From positions 32,304,001 to 32,368,000 of the forward strand of contig CM059433.1 of NCBI GenBank assembly GCA_030390025.1: a stretch of DNA of 64,000 nucleotides. The letters are read 5' to 3'. Source of the stretch: Squalus acanthias. Lineage: Eukaryota. The translations under genes and the position numbers were made by a program. Below the pieces are notes generated by a model. It saw nothing but the letters and a program-made list of their open reading frames with translations. It did no database searches and had not been told where the DNA came from. Positions 48,641 through 61,270 of the stretch are shown here, in pieces (within the stretch, counting starts at the first letter, position 1; each line of letters starts with the position of its first letter).

Positions 48641-49936
48641 TGCTAACTTCCAACTCCAGTCAGAGTGAGGTATTTCTCTCACAAAGCACCTCCCTTTAAA
48701 AAAGTGCAGACAGCTTTCACTCTGCAGGCAACCTTTAAATACAGAGCAGATTTCCCACAATATTGGGTTCCCTGTTGAGCCAATCAGCATTGTGTTTAGC
48801 GCTGGGCTCAGCACTTCAATCATGTTAATGAGCAGGCAGCACAAATTTCACGTGCTGCCTGCATTTCCTTAAACGGGCGCGGGCAAATCGTGCATTGTGA
48901 TACCCACGCCCCTTTTTTAGGCCTTATCCAATTTAGCCCCTATGAATCTCCTTACGTGCCAATGCTTCCAGTTTCCTTTTTTTACTAAATACATGCTAGG
49001 TTATCCTTAAAATCCATTTCTTCGTCACTTTTTCCTTTCTAATTCAGCTTACTTTCCTACATTACAACAGTGACCACACTTCAAAAATACTCTCCCACCA
49101 ATATCTCGTTCAAATATTTCTCTATTGACTCTCGGAAATTCATAGTCAACCTGTTTGCACCTCACCTACTTAAGTGCAGTACATCTTTTCTACACATGTT
49201 TTTTTTCCCTCAATAATACAATCCCAGTTTCTTACAAAGTTCATGTGAACACAAAGGTAGCCAAGTCACTTGCATCATTTATTTGTCTGTTGATCCATTC
49301 ACTTGTGTCCCATGGAGTATTTGCCGATCTCTGTATCTACTTGTCCTTGTAGCTTTCAATTCACCTTCAGCCATTGACAACCTCTTTAGTTGGACCAGAG
49401 AGTGACGCTTTCCCTGGCATGGCATGTCTGTCTGCCTGAAAAGGCACATGTGCAGATACGCGTTGAACTTGAGCATTACGTTTTAGTAGTTGTGCCTACA
49501 GCAGCTTTGTTATTGCTTTTTAAACCTACCGAGGTGGTTTCTACTAAAATCACCAATCAAGAATTTTCCACCGAAGGGAATATCCAAATGTTTGCCAGTC
49601 TGTCAAGAGGAAAACCTTAAGTCGTGCATGGCAGAATACCATGGACTGATCAGCTTCCTACATCTGGTGATAATTTAGGGCAATGGCGGTACTGATTTGA
49701 ATTAACTTCAACCCAATAGACCTAATGAGGCAGCTGTCTCATTTAATGAGGTATATTTATTCCATATTAAATTGCATGTACTCTTCTGGAGAATGGAATC
49801 AGAATGCCCAAACTTTTATTGCATCGAACTCTTAAATACCATTTATCTCTGAATTCAAATCAAGTTCAAAGAAGTCATTGCTCCAACACTGTTCCACCCA
49901 GACAATCATCATAACTGGTCTGGCTACAAAATTAAC

Positions 49937-50420
49937 GGCCTCAACCGGGATCTTGGGTTTATGTCACGATACATGACGTGATCCAGACTCGAGTCGTCGT
50001 TGGCTTGTTAACAGATGTGATTCCCAGTAAAAAAGTAAAAATTTTAAAGTTTATCGTTTCCCATACTGCGGCTTTTGACACATTGGACCCCCTGTGGCTC
50101 CACCTCATTGTCTCAGTTGTATCTTGCTATGTCTTTGATGTGGTACTTTCCTGGCTGACCTGATTGCCTTTTGTCACACCTCGGCAGATAAACAGTCAGG
50201 ATGATTTAAATGTAGTCGTCTGCTTTTGTAAGTAACACATGCATTGTTCTCTATCTATATATGCTTTGGCGATTCTGTATCTCTTTACTTCACCTGAGGA
50301 AGGGGCCACGTAAGCTCCGAAAGCTTGTGATTTCAAATAAAACTGTTGGACTATAACCTGGTGTTGTGCGACTTCTCATTTTTGTCCACCCCAGTCCAAC
50401 ACTGGCATTTCCGCATCATG
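49937..50420 (+). mobile_element. 5'-truncated PLE (ORF C-terminus + pLTR + tail), hammerhead at 50290-50330
   Basis: GLNRDLGFMSRYMT*; tcac ctgagga aggggc...gctcc gaaa gctt gtga; perfect TSD TACAAAATTAAC at 49925-49936 and 50421-50432. Confidence 0.92.
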
Positions 50421-51305
50421 TACAAAATTAACATCCTGCTCTCTTCTTTCTCCACTTCCACAGCTGTCTTCTCAGTTTTTCCATTTAGCTCTTTCTTTAC
50501 AAAATCCCACTATCTCTGAACTTCCATATGGCCTTTTCCATCTACTTCCAAGAAGGACCATTCAGTTCCCACACAAACTGTAGATCGTCAGCAGGACAAG
50601 CTGTCTCTAAACTCCTGGCTTTCAGAATGCATCTGCTCAGCGCCAGTCCACAGGTAATCAAGAGCCAACATGCTGCAGATGGCCAAACTGCCAGGATTAT
50701 GCAAACGTTCTTATTTCTGAATGTTGCCTCTCACATTTTTTTTTAAACCACACTCTCTAAAATGGACTGCATTCATGGAAAATTGTTCCATTCTTTCATT
50801 ATCAGAATACTCACAGTGATTACAGAATCCTGCTTTGCCAAGATTAACAATTTAGCCAGTAAGCAGAACAATTAACTGTTATTTGAAATTTAATAAACGC
50901 GTTCGCTGAGAAAGGTTTGCCAGACCATCTGGGTGCACAGCATTGCTGGCCTTGTATTTAAGTAAATCGATTCTGAGGTAATTTCTAATTCAGCATACAT
51001 GCACTGTACAATATTTACAACTGATCTGAGGGAGAGAAAGCAAGTTTCATTGCCAAAACTATGTGCTGGATTGCTGATTTGAGGCCTTGTCAGTATGAAT
51101 TAATCAATCAGTTTTCAAAAGTGCAGTAAGTGACACATGCCCAATTTACTAAATGGCAGAAGATTGACAACATAAAATACACCTTCTTCTGCACTGTAAG
51201 TAAATAATATAGACTAATATACTTTTAATCTAACTAAATACCAATCTACACCTATTAGTATTTAAAAAAATTGGTAACTGCTTGGTTTTGCTTTTCTGAC
51301 TGAAG

Positions 51306-53070
51306 GGCCGCGATTTTGCCGGTGCTCAGAGTGCAGATTTGGAGGCGGGTCCATTGTCAAAATCAAAATGATTTAAAGCGGGTTGGGAACCCGCTGCAAA
51401 CCCGCCTCCATGTAAGTTTCCAAAGTGTTGGGTCTGCGAATTCAGATCAGACCGGACACCAAGCGGCGGGGGAAGCATTTAATATAGTTAACTGCTTGTT
51501 AAGTGCTTGTAAACTACTATTTTGCCAGCCTTTTTCTATTTTCCCACATTTTTAACGGGGTTCACGTCGTACAGAGATCACTTCAGTAAGTAGATCAGGT
51601 TCTTTATGTTTCCCCATTGCTGTGAATATGTGACAGCTGCAAAAGTGGTATGAAAGCTGGTCACTTTCCAATGCCAGAAGCTTGAGCCTTCAGGACTTGG
51701 AAGACACTGTTGAGCTGTATGCAGTTTGGAAGTGTTTGGAGTAAACTCTCTATCCACTGTCACCTCCTTGGAGCAAGCTCTCTCACCACTGACAGATCGC
51801 TTCTGACATCTCAACTTCAGCTACGATCTATTCCAGCAACATCGGTACCCTTGAAAAAATCTCACCTTGGTCCTCTGAATCCCTCCACGATCAGCCCCAA
51901 CACCAACATCACCAACATCACCAACAACAACACCAACCTTCTCTGCAATCACGTGATGCTGCACAGGGCACAGGGCATCAGCACCCAACCACATTGCTGT
52001 CTGGGAGGCCAGCGATGGCATCACCATGGCCAGATTTAGTGCACTTGATGCTGTACACCCTGGCTGCCACATGATGCACTAGATTAACACCACCCCACAC
52101 CAGCACCATAAAGCATTCCTACAATGACCAAGCCATTCCTTTGACACTCATCACCATTGCGGGGGATATCGTTATGTCTCACCATTCACTGCAACTCCAT
52201 AAGACACTTCCAAAGGTGCACACAGATCTGTCCAATAAGGCAAAGTGTTGAAAATAAAGATTTCAATGTTTGACAACAAATTAACAGAAAATTTACATGA
52301 ATATTGCGTAAGATACCCAAGTGCCTACCCTTGTGTTTTGTTCGTTGGAATGTTTAGACTAGGATGAGGGGGAGTGTGAGGGGTGGCTAGTGAGATGGGG
52401 AAGTGATAATGTAGATAGAGAGGGATGGGTGGAGGTGCAAGGTAAGTTGGTGTGAGTAAGGATGTGCAGGAGTAGGGTAGGGAAGGCAGAGTTATGGAGA
52501 TGTGATGAGTGGCGCAGCAGGATGAGGTTGAGTGTGGCTTTGCAGTAACATTTCGTGATCGACTGAGATCATTGAAAGGTTTGCGCCACTGCCACCAGGT
52601 ACACCTGACGACATCTCTGCTTTTGCCCTCCTGTGCAATGTGCAACCAGGCTGCATTGGTGTCCTGGGGAGGTCTCTTCAGACCATGGGAAGGGAAGAGA
52701 ATCTCCCAGTGTGCTGTGACTCACTACATATGCATATGGAGGGAGTCATGAGAGAGCCTGGGTGCAGCCGTGCACCTTCGTGCAGTGCTCGTCAGTGTTT
52801 GCAGAACCTCAATGCTGCAGAACACTGACAGCACAACTGTCAAAATGATTGTGGCCATGTTCCCTTTAAGGAAACTGGCTAATGACACGTCATCAAATGA
52901 TGTCATCAGACCTGCTCCCTTTTAATTGGCTGGAAACCCTGCAGGGCGGGCTTAAGAAGCCCTATTAACGGAAAATCTTTTTGACAGAGCGACTGCAGCT
53001 GGGAGCGGGACCGGAACCCGCCAACCAGCACTCCTGCTGCGAACTCGCCTCCACTGGGAAAATCCAGCCC
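51306..53070. mobile_element. Non-autonomous Harbinger, sibling of 3851-5580
   Basis: Ends GGCCGCGATTTT / AAAATCCAGCCC; TSD AAG/AAT; interior collinear with 4170-5480. Confidence 0.85.
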
Positions 53071-54037
53071 AATGACATTTCATATAAGAAATCTTTTTAT
53101 TGCATTGCATTGATTAATCCCTCTTCTATGAAAACTAATCCCTCAAGTTACATCCTCTGTCATTCCAATTTATTGATTTTGATTCACTCCTTAGCTATAA
53201 CAATTCCAGCATTGCTGGAATGGCATGCTTTGGAAATCCAGATTACGGCAGTTTTTATTAAGTGTGTTTGGTCCTTTAGTTATACTAAGTAATTTGTTTG
53301 TAATTTTAATATTATAACTCTTAATTTGAATAACTGTTTGTGTCTTAAGTGGCATGGCTATTACGTTAACATCTCTCAGTTGTCGAGGTTGCTGATGTGC
53401 ACTTGGTAAAATAAAGTTGTTTCATTCCATTACTCACAAGGGTACATAAATATCAGTTTCTGCATAAAAGCAGAACCAGAGACAAGATAATTTTATTGAT
53501 CTCGGTGTGTCTTGTGTTGAAAATGTGATTGCAGCAAGTTGCTGTCTTGCAAATGAGTTCTCTCCAAGGTTGTTAATCATCATAGATGTGCAACTCAGCC
53601 TAAAGACCCATCTACGTGTTATCGCGCCGGTGCCACATTCTATCAGATTGTATCAACGGAGCTTAACAAGGACTAGTGAAAAATATCACTCATTCAATTA
53701 GCATCTCTCAAAGGATTCTGACCTTTAGCCTCATTTACATAGGGCATCAAACTCAATTCTGATCATTCAAGATACAAATTAAACAAACAAGTGGGTCTAT
53801 CAGAGAGGAGCACAACGCTTGCTGCAAGTGCTACCTGCACCAACAGATGTTGGCTCAGTTCTCTGCACTAGATCGTGGGACTCAGCTCAGACTGATGGGA
53901 TGGATTTTGTTTACTTGGCAAGGATAAATGTGGGTTAGCTCCAATTTGAATGGAATTCAGAAGTTAATCCCAGAAACGCACTAAGCACCCAGAACAATTC
54001 AACAAATAGCCTGACTCCATAACCCAACAGAGATAAA

Positions 54038-54324
54038 GGGCTGGATTTTGATACTGGGGCGGGTTGGGGTCGTGTTATCCATTTTTCGTGTTATCCACCC
54101 GACTGCAATTGGATGTGGGAGATTGATGCAATTTTCACCTAATTGGGCAATTGAGTTCCAGCATGTGGGAACCCATGAACCAATTAGTGTTTTCAGTCTG
54201 AAAGTCGCCTCTGATGACGTCATCATTGCTGCTGCATTGAACGTCTGCAAAGACTGCCTGGCCTTTGCTGTGAGAGGACCTGGATGCAAAATGAGCCCTA
54301 AGTCTGCTCCCAGATATTTTTACA

Positions 54325-54363
<39 letters not shown>

Positions 54364-54716
54364 TTCACATCTCCATTGTAATAGTGGACCTGCAGCTGAT
54401 AGTCAGCTATCGAAATGTGCTCCCGCCAGGTTTCACAATCGTGGTTCAGAACAGGCGTGCTTCACGTTGAACAAGGGTTAAAATCACAAAGGCCTTTCAA
54501 AATGGCATTATAGAGCCAATTTAGTGCTTGTTAAGGGCCTTAACAGCCTATCCCGTCTCTTAGAGGCGGGACGGAGTCGGGACCAGCAGACACGATTTAA
54601 TGAAAATTGCGTGGAGGCGGGATGGAGGCGAACTTGTTCCCGCCCGCCAGTTTTCGCAATTTTAACCCCCCACACGCCTCCAAACCCGCGTCCACGGGTC
54701 AATGAAAATCCAGCCC
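54038..54716. mobile_element. Harbinger MITE related to the 7679 family, with internal (GA)n
   Basis: Perfect TIR GGGCTGGATTTT; TSD AAA; (GA)n at about 54325-54362. Confidence 0.9.
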
Positions 54717-54794
54717 AAAGTCCGAAGTAGGCCAAATGAAGAGATTTAGTTTATTTAAAATTATTGCAGAAACCTAAAGTGGCATTCTTTAGGT

Positions 54795-55828
54795 GCCAGC
54801 AGTGGCTCAGTGGTTGCACTTGCGTCTCCGCATCATAAGGTCGTGAGTTCAAGTCCAACTTCAGGGAGACAGAATCTAGGCTGACACTCCAGTGCAGTAC
54901 TGAAGGAGTGCTGCACTGTCAGAGGTGCTGTCTTTTGGATGAGACGTTAAACCAAAACCTCTTCTGCCTTCTCAGGTGGATGAAAAAGATCCCACGGCAC
55001 TACTTCGAAGAAAAGCAGAGGAGTTCTCCCCGATGTCCTGGCCAATATTTATTCCTCAACTAACATCACTAAACACAGATGAAAACAATAGCAAAATACT
55101 GCGGATGCTGGAAATCTGAAATAACAACAGAAAATGCTGGAAACACTCTGCAGGCCAGGCAGCATCCATGGAGAGAGAATCAGAGTTAACGTTTCAGGTC
55201 TGTGACCCTTCGTCAGAACTGGTAAAAGTTGGAGATGTAACAGGTTTTAAGCGGGTGCAGAGGCAGGGAAAGGGGGGAGGGGGCGGGGAGGAAGGAACTA
55301 AAGGCACAGTCTGTGCTAGGATTGAACTCAGGAGAGATAAAATGTTGCAAATGGGGATGGCAGAATCATCAACAGCTGCCACCTGAAAAAATGGGGGGCT
55401 TATAGTCTGAAATTGTTGAACTCAATGTTGAGTCCAGAAGGCTGTAAAGTGCCTAATCGAAAGATGAGGTGCTGTTCCTCGAGCTTATGCTGAGCTTCAC
55501 TGCAACAGTGTAAGAGGCCAAGGACAGAGAGGTCAGAGTGGGAGTGGAGGGGAGAATTAAAGTGACAAGCGACCAGAAGCTCGGGGTCACCCTTACGGAC
55601 TGAACAGAGGTATTCCGCGAAGCGGTCACCCAATCTGCATTTGATCTCCCCATTATCTGGTCATTATCACATTGCTATTTGTGGGAGCTTGCTGTGTACA
55701 AATTGGCTGCCATGTTCCCTACATTACAACAGTAACTACACTTCAAAAGTACATCATTGGCTGTAAAGCACTTTGGGATGTCCTGAGGTCATGAAAGGGA
55801 CTATATAAATGCAAGTTCTTTCTTTCTT
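54795..55828 (+). mobile_element. Deu-domain SINE split by a PLE fragment (about 55081-55651)
   Basis: tRNA-like head gtggctcagtgg...gagttcaagtcc; Deu core resumes at attatctggtc. Confidence 0.85.
55081..55651 (-). mobile_element. 3' fragment of a second PLE family (GIY-YIG C-terminus + pLTR), hammerhead at 55184-55220
   Basis: GDRFAEYL...VACHFN...EQHLIFRLGTLQPSGLNIEF. On the minus strand AGUU-CUGACGA-AGGGUC(ACA)GACCU-GAAA-CG-UU-AACU. Confidence 0.88.
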
Positions 55829-56682
55829 TTGGGGAGTGATGGCAGCTGCCAGCCGAAGACTTGCAGCCCAGATTGATAAAGAGCACAGCCTTGGCAGTGA
55901 GCATTAAAGATATATAAATGCAAGTTTTTCCTTCTTTTCTAATTTTTGAGGCTTTGGAGCGACAATTGCAAATGTCAGCTGACGCAGTGAGAATTCCAGC
56001 ACATGCAAAAAGAAAGACAGTATTCAATAATGATTAGCGTGGTTCAGCTAAAAGAGCGCATGGTTTGTGCTGCTAAACATGAAAACTATAGTGGTGGGTG
56101 AGCTAACTCAGGCTTAAGTAAAAAGACAAAACAAATTAATGGTAGTACAATTAGTGACTATTAATAAAATTGTATACTTACTACAATGTATAATTCTTGC
56201 AAATATGCAACGATACTGCATAAACAAGCCCAATATTGATTATGCCTTTCTGAAGTGTGTGGGCATCAAGCCTTTATATTTTAATATTATAGGGACAAAA
56301 GTTACTTTAAAAAGGTACCTTACATTTTAATTTTTCAAATTATCTTCTCTGCCCAGCCTTGTATTTAACACAGTGGGGGTTGCCACCCATCTGCCAGAAG
56401 GCTGAATGTGAAAGGTTTTGAGGCATTTTATTGTTTTGAAGATGCTATTTAAATGCCAGATGGTGCTCCTGTTTATTACTGGCAAAGAGGTGTAGACTAA
56501 GTTTGGAGATTTAAAAAAAAAAAGCCAAATCAATAATATTTAAAATTTCAAAAAACATTGGCTTACAGTTGCCCACGGACTTTTCAAGGGCTTTTGAGAG
56601 ACAATTACGGTTCCTAGAGATCTTTTCCACGCGGCGCCCGCAGGGGATCTACAACCTGTGTGAACAGGACGCGCAACAGCAT

Positions 56683-57587
56683 GGGGGAAAAATTCAGTTG
56701 GTTGCGCCTCCCATTAGCGCCTTAAGAGGGTGCTAATGGGGCGCAAAGCAACTAGCGCCCGGGCACGGCGATGTTTGCGCTGCTCGCGAAATGAACTAGA
56801 CATTTTGCGGTGGCGCTAAACACTACCGCCACGATCTCCTGCGCCGGCAGATCGTGACGTCAGTCGAGTGCGCAACGCCCTGGTAGCGCCCCGGAGCAGA
56901 TATTGAGTGGCGCCCCCTGCCTTACCGCCTGCCGCTAGCAACGACAGGTTGAGGGGAGCATTTTGCAGTGAGGAAGGGACTGGGGGAGTGCTATTTAAAG
57001 GCGACCACTTCCTGCCTTTTATTGTTGGTGACATTTTTGAACCACGCATTCTGAGAGAGAGAGAGACTTCTGGAGAGATTCAACGCTGTGTGAAGGAGTT
57101 TTGGGTACTGAGCAGCACTTTGCAGGTTCATTTTGATTTGCCCTTCCTTGTATCGATTTATAAGAGACTGTGGGGGCTGCACTCGGAGCTCTTTCCCTGG
57201 TACACTCCATTGTTCTTTCCAGCAGATTTGATGTGCAGGTATCTCCAGGCCGAGATTCAAGGCTGCAATGAGCAGGATGTGGATGGAAAGCCAGATCAAC
57301 CCTCCCCTTTAAGAACCCTCCCCTTTAAGAACTGGCCGGCGCCATTGTGTGTGTGTTCCATTGCTGACTGACATCACATGAGCTTCGCCAGCGCTCTGAG
57401 GTAGCGCCTCGCTCCTCGACCTTTGCGCCTTAAGACAGGTGTGAAGCGCCTGATTTAGCGCTCCAATCACCTCCAGGGGCGATAAAAGTCAAGTTTGCAG
57501 TCGGAGGCGATAATTAGCACCAGGCGCTAATCTTTGCACCCGGCCGATAATTGCGCCCCAAATGGGGTGATACTGAATTTCTCCCCC
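56683..57587. mobile_element. Harbinger-type MITE (GC-rich, many GCGCC motifs), possibly nested in an older repeat
   Basis: TIR GGGGGA(A/G)AAATTCAGT; TSD CAT. Confidence 0.85.
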
Positions 57588-59837
57588 CATGTCTCTTCAA
57601 CCAATCAGATTGAAGAATCCTTACTGAGGCACGCAAGGAAGTAGAAATTAAATCGTTAATGCATCGTAAAACCATGTACAGAATGCAAAATAAAGAGAGG
57701 GAAAGAAAGGTGGGACAAAGAGAGACTGATAAAAGAGACAGAAAAAAAAAGTAAAAAATAAAATTTAATTTTAATTTTTAGAAAATCTCCAATAATAATT
57801 ATATGAAGGAATGAGACTTAACACTTGTAAGCTTAAATTTTCAGAGCCAGAGAGGTTGTTTGGCAGTAATTAAGACTTAAAAATTCACTTGCACGTGAAT
57901 ATACCCGCCCTAATATTTCTGGTGTGTTTAGTGGGTAACGAGTGGGTAAGTACAGAAAGTTCACGCTCTTACATGTATTTCAATACCGAATGTCTCGATG
58001 AGGTACCGGCATAGCGCAACCTGTGGAAGTACAGAGCAAATCGGACACAACCTCTGGATTTCTGCGTTTAATTGCACATGTGCAGACTCTGAAAGTTGCT
58101 GTCCTATTTACTCCATAATAATGGTGAGCGCTATTAGCCTCACCGTTATTCTTAACCCAATATCCAGGCTATTAGCTACACAACCTATTATATCACATAA
58201 AAAATCTTGCCTCTGTGTACACTTCCTGTCAATCAAACCTTATTTCTTGTTGTCACTCATTTCATCATAGCATTATACAATCATACGTCCACATTTAGAT
58301 AGGAAACTGATTATGTAAACACATTACGCTACAATTGCACAACCTGCCACCGAGCATCAGTATGTTATATTGTCCCACTAATCTCTACTTTCCAAAAGAT
58401 TTACATTTGAAAATTTTTGATGTACCATTTTTCCCCTCAGTTACTGAAATTTCTAATGTGCAAAAGAGGAGATTAAACAAAGTATTTTTTAAGATACATA
58501 TTTCACAATAACAAGATTAAATTTATCCAATTAATTGCCTTTTGATGCCTTTTAATTAGAAGTCGTCAGCCTCTTCCAAACGCCTGGGCTTAAATGTAAT
58601 AGTTTTGCCCAGAGCTGCGGATTGAATTTAGACTTTGTAGTGTTCCTAGTTTCCTAGGAAGCATCAGTACTTTTCAGTTCGCTGTACGGGAATGTTTTTC
58701 TTTAGCTTGTAGTTTTTCTGAATTATTCTGAATAACAACTGAATAACGAAAAGCCAGAGAATAAATAGCAAGATTTATTCAACTAAAGTTACAAGATTTT
58801 TTTTGAGAGAGAGAGAGAACAGTGTGATGATTACACACTTATTATAGATTTAATTTGTGTTCTGTAAACTTCAGAACATTAAATTGAGAAAACATGCTCT
58901 CTTCAATAGTTTAATTTTCAAAATCAAGACATTAGTTCAATTTTGAAGCCGACTAATTATAGCACCTGTGTTTTTTCAACAGTAAAGGCAAATGTTGTAA
59001 TTGTTAACACCTGTGAGATACGGACAGATAGCGAGAGGCAGAGTGTATTTCCTCACTCTAATTTGATTCGATTCTGGGAAAAAAAGCTGAATTTTGCAAT
59101 CAAACTAAGCCTCTAAGGAAAACAGATATGAAAGGGGTATAGGAGAGGATAAAGGAGGAGATAAATGGTTGATGATGATGTACACTTCCTGTCGATCCTA
59201 GCCGGGCAGGGGGTGGGAGTGGTTAGAGGGATAAGGGTGAGGTGAGTGAAAGTGCAGTGATGGGGGAGTGGGGATAGAGGGATTACAAAGGTAGTTCAGA
59301 AGGGGAAGAGGTCGGTGTAGTTATGGGGTAAAGGGCATGGTAGGAACAGGGGATAATGGGAAGTTGAAGGACTATGGTGTGCAATGGGAGCAAGGGAATG
59401 AGGGAAAGCATGAGCGATTGGAAGAAGGGATGAGAAGGCAGCCTCTAAGGGCCACATTTTACCTGTAAACCAACCCTCCCCCAAAAACTAAATGCAGCCT
59501 TCCACCATTGGTGGCTCTTTTCACTGCCATACCTCCCATCTGAAAGGAAAGACAAAGACAGTGAAAGCTGTAGAGGACAGAGAAGCAAAATGCTCAGTAG
59601 AGATAAGGACAAGAGAAAGACAGAAAAGTAGAAGAGGAGTGCTAGAGAAAAATGGCAACATGAAAACAAGAGATAGGTAAGGGGCGCTTAACATTGTGCA
59701 ATGCCAAGTGAGATCTACTAGAAAGATCTACTAGAAATATATTCCAAAGTCTTGTGTATAATTCATACTTCTTCCACTTGCCACATTTAATTCCCATGAC
59801 ACATTTGTCATGCTTATTTCTCTCATACTTTTTTAGA

Positions 59838-60177
59838 CTAGAGCACAAAATCCAGGCTGACACTCCAGTGCAGTGCTGAAGGAGTGCTGCACTGTCAAAG
59901 GTGCCGTCTCTTGGAGAGACATTAAACCGAGGCCCTGTCTGCCCTCTCAGGTGGACGGAAAACATCCCATGGCACTATTCGAAGAAGAGCAGGGGAATTT
60001 ATCAGATTATCTGATCACTCTCTCACTGCTGTTTGTGGGACCTTGCTGTGTGCAAATTGGCTGCTGCATTTCCTACATTACAACAGTGTCTACACTGCAA
60101 AGCTACTTCATTGGCTGTAAAGCACTATGGGACATCCTGAGGTCGTGAAAGGTGTTATATAAATCCAAGTTCTTTCT
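59838..60177 (+). mobile_element. Deu-domain SINE, head truncated
   Basis: Deu core and tail as in the other copies. Confidence 0.82.
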
Positions 60178-61139
60178 TATTACATTATTTCCATCATGCC
60201 GGTACCATGCCTTTTGTCAAACTTTTCCATCATGATTATAGCCACTTGTTAATTTTACTTACCTCTGATCAAGTCCTCCAAGCTTGGATTGGAAGGTAGA
60301 CAGTGCTGTTGTATAGTCAACTCAAGTGACCACTCAACTTGATTTCCAAGGTAGGTGGTGCAGTTGTCTATAATGCAACCCCCATGGAGCTGCTAAAGTT
60401 GGGCATGTGGCCTGATGTGGCCCATCCTCCTCCCTGCCATCCCATCTTGGACCCCCAAAGCCCTCTGCCCACATTGGCAAAAGCATCATTCCCAGCTTCA
60501 AGTTCTTCAAGCACTTTTGCTGCTTTATTTTTTAAAAAGCACAATGAATTTTAAGCCAGTTCACATCACAGCTGTCACTGCAACTGAGTGATGGGAGTGG
60601 GCGGCGGGGAAGCAAGAGGTCTCGAGACTGAATGCTGCGTCAGGCTAGAGTTCCAAGGCCAGTTGAGGTGGGGTGAGCATGGTAGTGGCAGTAGCAAAGG
60701 CAGGGGAGTTCTTAAATATTTCCTCAGACATGAACCTACAACCTTCTAACTCAGAAGTAAGAGTGCTACCCTCGCTGTAATTTGACTTATTCAATCACTG
60801 TATATCAGTGGGCCTGATAATATATTGTATGTTATATGGCATAAAACAGCTTGCCCGAGTCGTCATGAGCAATATTGTGGGTGGTATATTTGCCTCGTGT
60901 CCAGTATGCATGTCACACTACAGATCTTGTACTTCAGTAAGTATTAATAGAGAAGAAAACCAGTTATTTCCTGCTGGTTTACCTGGCCTCTTCCAAAAGG
61001 GCAGGGGCTAGTAATTTACTAACTACAGGTAACTTCCCTCAATAATAACCTTCCAATTGACTCATGATGTGTCCATTTAGACAGCCTCACCACAAGTACC
61101 TGAGCAAAGACCTGAAAAGGGATGGGCCAAGTTTAACGT

Positions 61140-61270
61140 AGCTTCATAGGAACAGGTGTAGGCCATTCAGCCCCTTGAGCCTGCTCCGCTATTCAATTAG
61201 ATCATGGCTGATCTGTATCTCAACTCCACTTACCCGTATTAGCTCCATATCCCTCGATACCCTTCCCCTT
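61140..61270 (-). mobile_element. CR1 3' tail fragment
   Basis: gtaggccattcagccccttgagcctgctccgctattcaattagatcatggctgatc. Confidence 0.75.

Larger units (their letters stand above)
44919..48940. mobile_element. Second full-length-type PIF/Harbinger family (4.0 kb), decayed
   Basis: TSD TAT inside a CR1 tail; weak TIRs; convergent transposase (+) and Myb (-) genes. Confidence 0.85.
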
